From a virus (Duplodnaviria; Caudoviricetes): a stretch of DNA of 44,636 nt. Position 1 is the stretch's first letter, and each line of letters starts with the position of its first letter. Location of the stretch: positions 1 through 44,636 of IMG/VR virus record IMGVR_UViG_3300048851_000238. One strand, written 5' to 3'. The position numbers and the translations under genes were made by a program. Shown here piece by piece: positions 28,752-37,838 of this stretch. The notes beneath the pieces are model-generated. The model saw only the letters and a program-made list of their open reading frames with translations, searched no databases and was not told the origin of the DNA.

Positions 28752-28775
28752 AATAAAAAATCCGCTCAAGGCGGG
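28752..28775 (-). terminator. Intrinsic terminator upstream of the holin
   Basis: Minus strand CCGC-CTTGA-GCGG-ATTTTTTATT. Confidence 0.7.
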
Positions 28776-28830
28776 CATATGGCTCCGTGCTATCGTCGGA
28801 ATTCAACCTACAACTAAACAAGGAAAAAAC

Positions 28831-29040
28831 ATGACCGATATCGCAACGGAAGGACTGGCAACACAGTGGGCAGTGATAGCTTTGGTGAATGCACTTAACG
28901 GTTCAGGCAGTCAGAGCGTCGTCTTGGCGGCTCGAGAAGAAGCGCTTTCCAATCTGAGATTGCTGGGCGACAGACCAAGCATTGACGTAGCGGCACTCAG
29001 AACATCGCTCGAGAATATCTTTGGTCAAGCTGGCAAGTGA
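28831..29040 (+). CDS. Small moron-like hypothetical protein, antisense to the late operon
   Basis: AAGGA RBS; possible extended -10 TGCTATCGT at 28788-28796. Confidence 0.65.
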   Translation: MTDIATEGLATQWAVIALVNALNGSGSQSVVLAAREEALSNLRLLGDRPSIDVAALRTSLENIFGQAGK

Positions 29041-29060
29041 CCGTTTAAAGACATCGCAAG

Positions 29061-29603
29061 CTAGCCAGTAGCGGTACCGGGCGCGACCTGAGATTTTAGG
29101 TCGCGCCCTATCGGGTTCAGCGCCGCCCAAAGCAGCGCTTTGCCACGTATCAAATCCACGTGAGCCAAGCTTTTCAGCTTGCTGTCAGCGAAAGAGTGAC
29201 CTTCGAGCAGCCTGTCCAGCTCTTGAAAAGTGACGTCCAACTCAATGACCTTTTTCAGGATCAGCTCTTCATGTTCGCCGCGGGCCTTATCGACCGCTGC
29301 ACGAACCTCATCGAGCGCAAGACCCACACCAGACGGGTTAGCCTTCTTCAGGAAAAATCCGCCAGCGGTGTACACGGAGCCGAATACTCGACCGTCTGCG
29401 TGGTAGAAGTCGCTCGTACACTGGAGGCCCAACACGAGGACGGAGTCGCACTGTTCGGTATTCAGAAGCTGGGCCGTAGAGGTCAGGAACTGGGATGGAC
29501 TTGAGTTCGCGAGTCGGGCCAGCGCATGCGCCAATCCTTTGGAGTCGCCGCCAATCACCGAATCAACTACGTCCTTCGTATCACGCTTCACTTGTTCCGA
29601 CAT
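29061..29603 (-). CDS. Hypothetical protein
   Basis: 180-aa ATG ORF with GAGAGG RBS. Confidence 0.7.
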   Translation of the reverse strand: MSEQVKRDTKDVVDSVIGGDSKGLAHALARLANSSPSQFLTSTAQLLNTEQCDSVLVLGLQCTSDFYHADGRVFGSVYTAGGFFLKKANPSGVGLALDEVRAAVDKARGEHEELILKKVIELDVTFQELDRLLEGHSFADSKLKSLAHVDLIRGKALLWAALNPIGRDLKSQVAPGTATG

Positions 29604-29622
29604 TTGCCGAGCCTCTCAACGA

Positions 29623-29648
29623 GAAAAGCCCCGGCAAATGCCGAGGCT
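29623..29648 (-). terminator. Intrinsic terminator in the late leader
   Basis: Minus strand AGCCTCGGC-ATTT-GCCGGGGCT-TTTCT. Confidence 0.7.
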
Positions 29649-29656
29649 CAAAATAA

Positions 29657-29812
29657 TGTGCGTGTCTTTCCACGCCTGTCCGCTGAAGCCGCCCCGGAGC
29701 AAATATCGAGGGTGAAGCGCTCCAACTGCCGGTGTTCTTTCGTAACACGTGACGACCGGCTATACCGTGTCCAGGCCCACCCGAAGGTCCGCCCTGGCTG
29801 CAGTCAACACCA
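29657..29812 (-). ncRNA. Candidate structured RNA in the late leader
   Basis: Hairpins with a C(UUCG)G loop (29771-29797), a C(GAAA)G loop (29728-29760) and GCGUG/CACGC (29660-29675); no convincing ORF. Confidence 0.5.
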
Positions 29813-29877
29813 CAAAATAAGGCCCTCGCTGAACTTGGCGATCAGAGGTTCCGAGGGATTTGGGAAATCGGAGACAC

Positions 29878-29907
29878 AAAAAACCCGGCTCAGATATGGC
29901 CGGGTTT
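29878..29907 (-). terminator. tR'-like terminator downstream of Q
   Basis: Minus strand AAACCCGGCC-ATATCTG-AGCCGGGTTTTTT. Confidence 0.8.
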
Positions 29908-29990
29908 CCTTTTAACTGTTTGGGTGTCGCGCTTGAAAAGCTGAACACGGTGCCATGAAAACAGGTGTTTATCAGGCCTGAAAGAACTTT

Positions 29991-30377
29991 TTACGCTGCT
30001 GCGCAAATATCTCCCAAAGCACCGTCAATCCATGACACTCCTTGTCGGATTATTTCGCGTGCGGATCGCTCTGACATCTTGTGAGCCTCGGCAATTCGAA
30101 CCATCGTCCACTTGGAGCCAAAGTACCACCAGATAAAATCGCCCATCTGTTGGTTGCGTCTGATCAGCCTTGCGATAGCGGAATCCACGAGCATCGCCGT
30201 CTCATCGGTAATCACATAGCTCATTGGGCTCGCCTCAGGGCAGCACTGATTCATCAGCGCCGCCAGTGGAGAGACGTAGCGCGGCACACCCATGCCAGAC
30301 ATCCGCCAAGAGCCCCAGTTTTCCAGCAGGTATTCGGTATCACCCAGCGGCTTATCCACATACGTGCGCTTCTTCAT
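29991..30377 (-). CDS. Antiterminator Q family protein
   Basis: TEYLLENWG.WR..G.GVPRYVSP...ITDE.A..VD; C-terminal HTH; upstream of lysis genes. Confidence 0.88.
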   Translation of the reverse strand: MKKRTYVDKPLGDTEYLLENWGSWRMSGMGVPRYVSPLAALMNQCCPEASPMSYVITDETAMLVDSAIARLIRRNQQMGDFIWWYFGSKWTMVRIAEAHKMSERSAREIIRQGVSWIDGALGDICAAA

Positions 30378-30658
30378 GCTGCCTTCCTCGGGGTTGGTTC
30401 GTTCATGCCGAAGAGTTCTTTCAGCAGCTTTTCCGCGATCTTGCTTTTGGCGTTGCCCTCGTTGATCCAGCGGCGGGCGAACTCCTCAAAGCCCAGCGTT
30501 GCCCGCGATGCGTGCCAGTCGGCAACAATGTCCATGAATGCCGCAGATCCGATCCGGCCATTGGTTTTCTCAAGCAGCTGACGGTTACCCAGCTTGAGGA
30601 ACTTGCATTCGACTGGGGTCAAGCTCTTACGCGGCAGTGCCGCAGTTACAGTACTCAT
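30374..30658 (-). CDS. Hypothetical phage protein
   Basis: MSTVTAALPRKSL...; ATGA-coupled. Confidence 0.7.
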   Translation of the reverse strand: MSTVTAALPRKSLTPVECKFLKLGNRQLLEKTNGRIGSAAFMDIVADWHASRATLGFEEFARRWINEGNAKSKIAEKLLKELFGMNEPTPRKAA

Positions 30659-31221
30659 AGCGCGGCACTCCACACATGCAGATATTCGGTAGGGTTGATG
30701 TCTTTGCGGGCCTGGATCGATACGGCTCGGGACCATGCGCGGTATGCATCGGCAGGCGAGTTTCCAGCGCCCGCCCACGGATGGCCGTCTGCAACGCACC
30801 AGTAGGTTCCGCGTTTGCCGGTGATCTTTACCTTCGGCAGGCGACCGCTGAAGCCGACCTTGAATCGCTCAAGCCAGGCCTCTACCGCTGGCCAGATGAT
30901 CGCCTGCTCCGGTTTCTGGAAGTCCGTTCGGTGGCTGCCGTGATCCTCTTCGAGCCCGTAGTCCTTGTTTCCTACCCACAGCACAAACCCGGTTGGCACG
31001 TGAGCAAGCGTGTATCCCTTGTGCTTCCATGACCAGTCCTCGGGGTAGTCGCGCAGGGACGCAGCAATCCGTTCTGCCTCGGGGTATTTCGGCGCAAGGA
31101 CAAGGGTCTGATGTTTTTCAAGAATTACTCCTTGCCCTGACGCCAGCATCCCAGCCAGCGCCGAGGGGCTTAACGATCCATCCGGTGTAATCGGACGTTT
31201 CAGCCAATTGAACAGGTTCAT
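30655..31221 (-). CDS. Hypothetical phage protein
   Basis: ATG coupled to the DnaB stop, GGAGGAG RBS. Confidence 0.7.
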   Translation of the reverse strand: MNLFNWLKRPITPDGSLSPSALAGMLASGQGVILEKHQTLVLAPKYPEAERIAASLRDYPEDWSWKHKGYTLAHVPTGFVLWVGNKDYGLEEDHGSHRTDFQKPEQAIIWPAVEAWLERFKVGFSGRLPKVKITGKRGTYWCVADGHPWAGAGNSPADAYRAWSRAVSIQARKDINPTEYLHVWSAAL

Positions 31222-32612
31222 GACTTGCTCCTCCCCTTGGCGCGACTGGCAAAGCTGCCGCGCGATTCCTCCTCGTCGCCGTAAGACGCGAAGGCCTTGG
31301 CGTCCATGTCGACGAACCGGGCGAATTGCCCTTGCTGCATGACGTTGCGAGACCCGACCGGCGCGTGCCGACATTTGGGCATGATCAACTCGGTAACACC
31401 GTTTTGGCCTGCTTCGGTGTCGATGTCGCGGTGAACGAGGATGATGCAGTGCGCGTCAGCCTCGATCTGTCCGGAATCGCGCAGGTCGCTCGCTATCGGC
31501 TTCTTGCCCGGGCGCTTGGTCGAATCCCGATTCAGCTGGGCCAGCAAGATCACCGGAACATCCAACTCCTTCGCGATGTTCACGATTCCGGTGGAGATAG
31601 CGCCAAGCTCAGCAGTGCGGTTAAACGCCTTGCCTTCAGATTTGATCAGACCGATGTAATCGATCACCACTACATCGAGGCCGTGCTCACGCTGGACCTG
31701 GCGGGCAATGCTGCGGATCTTGGCGACTGTTAGATTGCTCCGGTCGCAGATGTAGAGCGGCTTGTTGAGGACCTGATTTACGGCGGAGGTGAGTTTCGGC
31801 CAGTCCTCATCTGTGAGCTTCCCATCGTCGAGTCGCTTCATGTCCAAGGTGCCCAATGAGGCCAGTATCCGGTTACCGAGCTCCTCTTCCGGCATTTCCA
31901 GGCTGAACACCATCCCGGTGCCCAAACCCTGGCAAGCGACATGCTGGGCAATCTGCAGGCCAAGCGTTGTTTTACCGCTACCCGGAAGACCGGCCACGAT
32001 GGTTACCGTCTTCTTCCGAAGCCCTCGCACCATCTCATCAAGAGCTTCGAGACCGGTGGACAAGCCACTGGGCACCGAGCCATTGAACTTCGAATCGATG
32101 ATGTCGATGTTTCGAGTGACCACCTCATCAATACGCTTGAAATCGCGCTCACCTGATTCTAAGTCTCGCAGATCCGACATCGCCTGCTGGCAGACAGCGA
32201 TGATTTCAGCGGGCGGCGCCTCCTCGCCTCGCATACGCCTGGCCAGCGGTCCTAGCTCATCAATGGTCCGCAGTACGGCCAGCTGTTTGATGCGCAGTGC
32301 GTAGGCCTTCCAATTGGCAGATGAAGGCACGTCTTTCGCAAGCGTTGCCGCATAGCCCAGCGTTCCTTGGCCGCTCGGCAGTGCGTCGCGGTCGTAGCTG
32401 GCGGTCACGGGATCGATAGGCAGTCCTCTTGCGCGGCAGCTGACAAACACGTCGAGCAATGAAGCGTGATCGTCGTGGAAGAAGTCAGCAGTGCTAACCA
32501 TGCCGATGATGTCGTCAACCATGCCGTCATTCCCAGCCATGGAAGCCTGCATCACCGCACCGAGCACCGCCTGCTCCGCCTCGGCTGAGTAAAACAACGC
32601 GTCGTCGCTCAT
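31218..32612 (-). CDS. dnaB: Replicative DNA helicase, DnaB family
   Basis: EAEQAVLG, GLPGSGKT, FSLEM, IDYIGL, LAQLNR, DLRDSGQIE.DA. Confidence 0.95.
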   Translation of the reverse strand: MSDDALFYSAEAEQAVLGAVMQASMAGNDGMVDDIIGMVSTADFFHDDHASLLDVFVSCRARGLPIDPVTASYDRDALPSGQGTLGYAATLAKDVPSSANWKAYALRIKQLAVLRTIDELGPLARRMRGEEAPPAEIIAVCQQAMSDLRDLESGERDFKRIDEVVTRNIDIIDSKFNGSVPSGLSTGLEALDEMVRGLRKKTVTIVAGLPGSGKTTLGLQIAQHVACQGLGTGMVFSLEMPEEELGNRILASLGTLDMKRLDDGKLTDEDWPKLTSAVNQVLNKPLYICDRSNLTVAKIRSIARQVQREHGLDVVVIDYIGLIKSEGKAFNRTAELGAISTGIVNIAKELDVPVILLAQLNRDSTKRPGKKPIASDLRDSGQIEADAHCIILVHRDIDTEAGQNGVTELIMPKCRHAPVGSRNVMQQGQFARFVDMDAKAFASYGDEEESRGSFASRAKGRSKS

Positions 32613-33412
32613 GTGCGCCCCCTTGCTGATGTCCAGGTAAACCCGGCCAGCAGTGCTTTGTTCTCGCGCAGACGGTCAAGCGCTCGGTCGCCGATGTACT
32701 GACCCAACCCCTTGGCATCCATGTTCGAGATCACCATCGAAGGCTTGATGAGCTGATATCGGCGGTCGATGACCTCATGCAGAACGCCCAGCTCGTAGGC
32801 TGTGCCGGCCTGCGCGCCGATCTCGTCAATGATCAGCAGGTCAACGCTGGCCAGCTCGTCGATCACGTCTCGCTCGGAGTACGTAGCGCCTTTTGACATG
32901 ACGCCCTTCGCCACACGAATGATCTCGGCGGCTGAGACAATCAAGGCAGACGCCCCGAGGTTGCTGATGATCTGTTTCGCGATCGCTGCGGCGAGGTGCG
33001 TTTTCCCGGTGCCGAGATTTCCCAGCAGCAATAGGTTACGGCCGTACAGATAGTGATCCTCGAAGCCGTCGGCATAGCCCCGGCACGTCTCAAGGGCCTT
33101 GACCATGTCGGCGCTTCCACCATTGGTGCGGTAGTTATCGAACGTACAACCAGCAAACCGAGGCGTGATGCCAGAGCCTATGAGCGCGCTGTTGAGGCGT
33201 TCGGCCTTCTGGCGAGCCAGTGCCTCTGAGTGCTCAAAGCTATCAGCGGCAGCGGTGTTAAGGTCGGCCCAGTAGCAGCGGCGGCAGCCTTGCACGAGTA
33301 CGCTACCGTCGAACTGCTCAACATGGGCCAGATCGACCTTTCCGTGCTCCTGGCATTCACCGCTGAACATCTGGATGGCAGGCTGGCGGATGAAGTTAGA
33401 ACCGTGGTTCAT
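32609..33412 (-). CDS. DnaC/IstB-like helicase loader ATPase
   Basis: GNLGTGKTHLA, DLLIIDEIG, DRLRE. Confidence 0.9.
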   Translation of the reverse strand: MNHGSNFIRQPAIQMFSGECQEHGKVDLAHVEQFDGSVLVQGCRRCYWADLNTAAADSFEHSEALARQKAERLNSALIGSGITPRFAGCTFDNYRTNGGSADMVKALETCRGYADGFEDHYLYGRNLLLLGNLGTGKTHLAAAIAKQIISNLGASALIVSAAEIIRVAKGVMSKGATYSERDVIDELASVDLLIIDEIGAQAGTAYELGVLHEVIDRRYQLIKPSMVISNMDAKGLGQYIGDRALDRLRENKALLAGFTWTSARGRT

Positions 33413-34142
33413 GGTCGCCTCCTTGATACATTTCAGGAGTGTGCTGCGGCAGCCCATTGAAATTCGAAGCGCTGGCGGCAGGCCCAACCTCATCGTTCCA
33501 TTTCTCGCCGTTCAGCCAAGTGGAAGCCAGCGGCACGTATTGACCGCCATTCTTGGTCCAGTCCACTTGCAGGCATTGTTTGCCAAGAGCGGTAATCAGG
33601 ATCGTGCGCAGATCTGAATCGGGTTTCAGCTTCGCCCAGGCCTTCTTCGCCTCTTTGAGTGATCGCTTCTTCGGGTACAACTTCCAGAACTGATCAAAGC
33701 CTTCCAATCCGTCTGCCTTGCACAAAGGTTTAGGTTCATTGACTGGTTCAGAAGAGTGACTGGTTCTGGGGGCAGCTCCTGCCCCACCCCCTGGGTTATC
33801 TGCTGCCCCAGGTGGGTTATCTGCTGCCCCAGGTGGGTTATCTGTTGCCCCACCCCCTAGGGCAGATGCTGCCCCACCATCAAGGGATAAGTGGAAGAGG
33901 TTGGACTGATTCAGTTCACCCTTTCGGCGGTACTCGCGACGCAAAAACCCCGCCTTTTCCAACTCTCGGATGTGCAGCTTCACCGTAGACCGGCCGATTT
34001 CGCACTGATCAGCGATATGCTGGTACGACGGCCAGCACTCGCCCTGATCGTTCGCGTTGTCGGCAAGCTTGATCAGCACCAGCTTGCGCAGGGGGTTACC
34101 CACCTTGGTTTTCATGGCTTTGACCATCGAATCCATGCTCAT
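33396..34142 (-). CDS. Replication initiator (O-like, N-terminal HTH)
   Basis: KLVLIKLADNAND.GECWPS; FDQFW..YPKK; TWLNG..W.DE; internal iterons. Confidence 0.88.
   Translation of the reverse strand: MSMDSMVKAMKTKVGNPLRKLVLIKLADNANDQGECWPSYQHIADQCEIGRSTVKLHIRELEKAGFLRREYRRKGELNQSNLFHLSLDGGAASALGGGATDNPPGAADNPPGAADNPGGGAGAAPRTSHSSEPVNEPKPLCKADGLEGFDQFWKLYPKKRSLKEAKKAWAKLKPDSDLRTILITALGKQCLQVDWTKNGGQYVPLASTWLNGEKWNDEVGPAASASNFNGLPQHTPEMYQGGDHEPRF
33769..33875. repeat. Replication-origin iterons
   Basis: Three tandem 21-bp TGGGTTATCTG(C/T)TGCCCCA(GG/CC) units (33792-33854), flanked by GGGCAG...CTGCCCC palindromes, inside the initiator gene. Confidence 0.8.
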
Positions 34143-34366
34143 ATGTCGAGCTCCTTCGTCACGCGCCGCACGAAGTCGTCATAGCTTTCGTCCATGACCA
34201 TGCCGCGATCTTCAAGCGCCAGCCGACCAGCCTTGGCCAAGCCATAGATCTCCCAGCGTTCGCGCTCAGGCAAGTGCCGGCAGTTGGTGTAGTTCGGCCA
34301 CGGGCCAGCGACGACTGGAGTTGAAGGCCGAAGACCTGCTGCGTTGTTTAAGTCGGTACGGATCAT
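34139..34366 (-). CDS. Hypothetical phage protein
   Basis: ATGA-coupled on both sides. Confidence 0.7.
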   Translation of the reverse strand: MIRTDLNNAAGLRPSTPVVAGPWPNYTNCRHLPERERWEIYGLAKAGRLALEDRGMVMDESYDDFVRRVTKELDI

Positions 34367-34959
34367 TGCAGTGTCTCCGAACCCGGGGCGTTGACTTTTG
34401 CGATGTCACTGCCAGTGATGGATGCAACGCTGCCAGCCAGCCTTTCGATCAGAACGACGAGCGCACTCATGGCGTCAAGCGAGTGAGAACGCGCGAGGTC
34501 CAGCTCGACCAGGTGAGGACAGTTGCCTTCGATATGCTCGTGCGATCGACTGGCATAGTTGAATGCGATCCGAGCCAGCTCCGCTGTCGGAATGGCTTTG
34601 AAAGCTGCCGCTGGCAGTGGATTGAATGCAGCACGCCTGACCGGAATGGGCAGGGACTCGATCTCTACCCCATTCATCAAGCATTGCTTTTGATGGGCAA
34701 GGTGGTCGGCTGACACACTCTGTACGTCGTGACCCGTTCTGCGTCTGAACATCACCGCAAGCGCCATGCACGCCTCTATCAGGCTCACATGAGTTTCGTC
34801 ACGATCGCGGATCTTGCTGCCTTCTTCGATCACTTCCACTGCGTCGGCGATACTTTCGAAGACCATCAGCAAAAGGGCTGCGTCGGCAACTTTCGCGAAG
34901 ATAGACTCGTTGATGATGTCGGCGGTCTGCGCTGGGGGAAAATCGATAACGTTGGTCAT
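34363..34959 (-). CDS. Hypothetical phage protein
   Basis: MTNVIDFP start; ATGA-coupled. Confidence 0.7.
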   Translation of the reverse strand: MTNVIDFPPAQTADIINESIFAKVADAALLLMVFESIADAVEVIEEGSKIRDRDETHVSLIEACMALAVMFRRRTGHDVQSVSADHLAHQKQCLMNGVEIESLPIPVRRAAFNPLPAAAFKAIPTAELARIAFNYASRSHEHIEGNCPHLVELDLARSHSLDAMSALVVLIERLAGSVASITGSDIAKVNAPGSETLQ

Positions 34960-35255
34960 TGCGCACGCTCCAGGGCATGCACTGCACGCTCCATACGCGC
35001 TTGGGCATTGCGCAACACTTTGCGGGCTTTAGCGCGACGGCCGTTGGCTGCCGAGGTAAATAGTCGAACACCCTCCCACGCCTCGGCGTACGGCAGAAAC
35101 TCGCCTTCCGGACGCCCGTAAGCCTGGAAGTACACCTCGTACATCCCTTTGATTTCTGCTCGAGCTTCACGGAAAACATGCTCTGCAATCACTACGTCAG
35201 TAGCCGCCTGGACGATCCGGTCCTGCGCTTGTTGCTTGGTCAATTTGATAGTCAC
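34956..35255 (-). CDS. Hypothetical phage protein
   Basis: Translationally coupled ORF. Confidence 0.65.
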   Translation of the reverse strand: MTIKLTKQQAQDRIVQAATDVVIAEHVFREARAEIKGMYEVYFQAYGRPEGEFLPYAEAWEGVRLFTSAANGRRAKARKVLRNAQARMERAVHALERAQ

Positions 35256-36079
35256 AGGGGCTTCTCCGGATTGAATTTTTCGTAAAAGAACTGACCATCC
35301 CAGGTCTTTTTCATGGGCAGTTTTTCGGCCATGTACAGGTCGAAAAGCTTCACGGTGCCCTCCTCCAGCATCACTGGCGCATAGCGGATGAACGACTTGA
35401 TACCCTCACCGCCGACATTGAACGGCTTCTCAGTCAGCCAGTGTTTGTCGCGGGCAACTGCGTACACTCGATACTTGGCCTTGTGGTCCGGGTCTCTCTC
35501 GGCGTTGAAGATCCACTTTAGCTCCATGAGAAAAGCGTTGATTTGCTGGGAGTTGACGCCGTTAAGGCGCTTGGCGAACTGTGTTGGTGTCTCGCCGGGC
35601 ATGAAGAGGTGTTCCAAAGCCTCGATCTTCTTGGCCTGTTGCTGGTTTTCGAGTGCAAGCACGGCCTTCTCCTCTGCCAGATCGGCAGCGAGACGGAGCG
35701 CGCCGGGGAGGTCTTGCGGGAGCAACGGCGCAGCGGCTGGCCGGAAGTAGTTCGCGACCAATTGACGTTGTACCTTCCAAGCCAGATCGTCAGTGAGGGA
35801 CTTAACGATCATCATGTAACCCTGCTCGGTGACAAGCGTTCCCTTTGGAGTGCGGGAAGCAAACACTCCAGTCAAATCTGACTGCGTACGAATTTCTTCG
35901 CTCAGGACCTGAAAGAAATCTTCGCCATCAATGAAGCGATCACGGTTTTCGTTGAAGTTGCGGCGAGCAGTACCTTCCGGCCGTTCATGCACCTGATCGA
36001 TCATCGCCAGGGTGACAACGCGCTGACCTCGGTACTCGACGATGGGGAGTTCGGTGTTGTGGATGGTGATCAGGTTCAT
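35252..36079 (-). CDS. ORF6N (KilA-N-like) domain antirepressor-type protein
   Basis: IVEYRGQRVVTLAMID.VH.RPEGTARRNF..NR..FI.GED; LTDDLAWKVQRQLV..YF; ALRLAADL; C-terminal LPMKK.WDG. Confidence 0.85.
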   Translation of the reverse strand: MNLITIHNTELPIVEYRGQRVVTLAMIDQVHERPEGTARRNFNENRDRFIDGEDFFQVLSEEIRTQSDLTGVFASRTPKGTLVTEQGYMMIVKSLTDDLAWKVQRQLVANYFRPAAAPLLPQDLPGALRLAADLAEEKAVLALENQQQAKKIEALEHLFMPGETPTQFAKRLNGVNSQQINAFLMELKWIFNAERDPDHKAKYRVYAVARDKHWLTEKPFNVGGEGIKSFIRYAPVMLEEGTVKLFDLYMAEKLPMKKTWDGQFFYEKFNPEKPL

Positions 36080-36444
36080 TGAGCCACCTCCTGACCGCGC
36101 GTTGCGTCGTCGATGCCAGGTCGCCCACCAACTTCGCCATGAGAAGCGCCAAGGTGGCGGTGCTTCCAGCAGAAGTTGCCACTGAACAGCCGGATCTGCT
36201 CAAGGTGACGGGCTATGTCGCACGCCAGCTCGTTGTCGTAGCCGCCCATGGCCGGGATAACAAACGTCAGAAGGATCTTTTCAAGGTTCTTATGCTCCTC
36301 CCTGGCGAAATTCATGGAGCACATGTCGCGAGCGTCGATGACCGCATCATTCAGGAGTTCGCTGTCGGTAGAAATCGCGTTTATAACGGCCAAGGATTTA
36401 CTCTTGCGCAAAGGGCGCGGTGAAATAGGGATTGAGGTTTTCAT
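36076..36444 (-). CDS. Hypothetical phage protein
   Basis: ATGA-coupled. Confidence 0.65.
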   Translation of the reverse strand: MKTSIPISPRPLRKSKSLAVINAISTDSELLNDAVIDARDMCSMNFAREEHKNLEKILLTFVIPAMGGYDNELACDIARHLEQIRLFSGNFCWKHRHLGASHGEVGGRPGIDDATRGQEVAQ

Positions 36445-36722
36445 TTGTCGCCATCCCCTTTACGCGCCACGATTTCTGGGTTGGCGTTTCGTGGCGCGGT
36501 CTTTTCGAGCTCGTCAGGATCGAAAGCCTCACAGAGGTCGCCGCCGATGACCTTCACGAATGCACCGAGGGCAAAGACGGCGTGCGCTAGGCCTTCGGTG
36601 TCGGATACATTGATATCGTGGTCTGACGCATCAGCCCCAAGGAGGTTGCCGATAGCCTGGAGTGCGAAGGAAACCCCGTACAGGTCGCTCCCACGGTCAT
36701 AAGCGAGTTTATTAATGCTCAT
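36441..36722 (-). CDS. Hypothetical phage protein
   Basis: ATGA-coupled; 3' end contains palindrome copy 2. Confidence 0.65.
   Translation of the reverse strand: MSINKLAYDRGSDLYGVSFALQAIGNLLGADASDHDINVSDTEGLAHAVFALGAFVKVIGGDLCEAFDPDELEKTAPRNANPEIVARKGDGDK
36464..36497. repeat. 34-bp palindrome, copy 2
   Basis: GCGCCACGATTTC-TGGGTTGG-CGTTTCGTGGCGC. Confidence 0.8.
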
Positions 36723-36958
36723 TCCGGCACCCCCAGATCAGTCGACAATTGGCAAAAGTCTCGGTAGGTGGAGCAAGCTATGATCCGAATTGCCGCCTGA
36801 ATCCCTGCTTCACCGCGCGTATTAAGCTGTTCGTCGCCGTCGTCACTTCCTTCACGCTGGATGGTGTTTTCGGCCAGTACATCGGCGAGGATGCCGATCG
36901 TATCCAGCGCCTCCGCGATGCTTTTAAAGGTGTGAGAACAGTCCTTGGGCTTTCTCAT
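36719..36958 (-). CDS. Hypothetical phage protein
   Basis: ATGA-coupled. Confidence 0.65.
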   Translation of the reverse strand: MRKPKDCSHTFKSIAEALDTIGILADVLAENTIQREGSDDGDEQLNTRGEAGIQAAIRIIACSTYRDFCQLSTDLGVPE

Positions 36959-37065
36959 TGGCCGGCCTCCTGCTCATCAGGGCGGCGGCTTTTCTGGGCA
37001 GACCAGATAAGCGCACCAACCAGCTGTTGCGTTAAATCTGGCGTAATGCTATTTTTCGGGTGCAT
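36955..37065 (-). CDS. 36-aa small ORF (MHPKNSITPDLTQQLVGALIWSAQKSRRPDEQEAGQ)
   Basis: GGAGGA RBS; stop overlaps the next ATG; below the ORF-track cutoff. Confidence 0.55.
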   Translation of the reverse strand: MHPKNSITPDLTQQLVGALIWSAQKSRRPDEQEAGQ

Positions 37066-37132
37066 TGATTCGTCCTCCTACAGAACGAAGAAGTTTTAAA
37101 GTTGCTTGCTTGATACAAGCGATGGGTATTAC

Positions 37133-37161
37133 GAAGGCCAGCCGCCACAGCTGGCCTTTTT
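37133..37161 (+). terminator. Hairpin plus T-tract (plus orientation, antisense to the early-right operon)
   Basis: AAGGCCAGC-CGCCACA-GCTGGCCTT-TTT. Confidence 0.55.
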
Positions 37162-37424
37162 GTTGCCTGCGATTTAACCGCTAAGCAAATACTTGGATTG
37201 GCGTTTCTTCATTTCCGTGCCTCTATCAAATCGGCATACGCCAACCTTTGGAAGGCCCTGGTCAGGGCCTGTGTAAGACATGATGGGGAAGCATCTGCAG
37301 CGGTTCCACCCAACCCTGTGCTTTTACTCAAAGCGCAGGGTCGGGTGGTCGATTGCTCGCCAGATGCAGCCCGTTGCTCAAATGATCTGCGTTCGCCAGC
37401 CACCTCGAAAGCCCATAAATGATG

Positions 37425-37440
37425 CTGGTAATTCATACAG
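37425..37440. promoter_or_regulatory. LexA (SOS) box 1
   Basis: Minus strand CTGTATGAATTACCAG = CTG-N10-CAG with a CTGTAT half-site. Confidence 0.75.
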
Positions 37441-37446
37441 GCCCCA

Positions 37447-37734
37447 TTACTGGTCGGTACTGGACAGATGAACAGAGGGTGTGCACGACTGATCAGAGAC
37501 CGAGATCGTGCGTAGATTTGTGCTCAGGGTGGGCGAGTGGTCTGGATATAGATCGGGCCGCAGGCTGTTACGAGACACACCGGTAGCAGCCTCTATCTTC
37601 AGCACATGCTTGGCCGGCACGTGACCGGTGGCGCACATATGCTGCACATTCTGTGGAGTGCAGTTGAGCTTCTTAGCCAAATTTGTCTGGCTGCCCAGCA
37701 CCTGAACAGCGCTAGTGATTGCTTTAATGCTCAT
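37447..37734 (-). CDS. cro: Cro-like repressor (YdaS family)
   Basis: GSQT.LA..L..TPQ.V...G.VP...V..IE..TGVSR..LRPDLY; divergent from cI. Confidence 0.88.
   Translation of the reverse strand: MSIKAITSAVQVLGSQTNLAKKLNCTPQNVQHMCATGHVPAKHVLKIEAATGVSRNSLRPDLYPDHSPTLSTNLRTISVSDQSCTPSVHLSSTDQ
37460..37475. promoter_or_regulatory. LexA (SOS) box 2
   Basis: Minus strand CTGTTCATCTGTCCAG = CTG-N10-CAG. Confidence 0.6.
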
Positions 37735-37792
37735 TGGATGTCCCAGATGACTTATGTCATTGCTGCTCAGATTACAGCCGAAACTATCAACC

Positions 37793-37834
37793 TACAAACG
37801 AAATTTGCAATGCCACCTACAATAGGCGCTTGTA
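37793..37834. promoter_or_regulatory. OR-like operators, TACAA-N7-TTG(C/T)A x2
   Basis: TACAAACGAAATTTGCA (37793-37809) and TACAATAGGCGCTTGTA (37818-37834). Confidence 0.7.
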
Positions 37835-37838
37835 ACAT

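Noticed and set aside
29760-29948. 62-aa minus-strand ORF over the late leader
   Set aside because: Crosses a terminator and hairpins and has no RBS; RNA structure explains the region better.
33769-33875. CRISPR-like or VNTR array
   Set aside because: Spacerless tandem 21-mers inside the initiator gene are standard origin iterons; no cas genes.
37209-37436. 75-aa ORF after cro as a cII equivalent
   Set aside because: No recognisable cII motif, and the start lies inside a LexA box; it may be real but I cannot support it.
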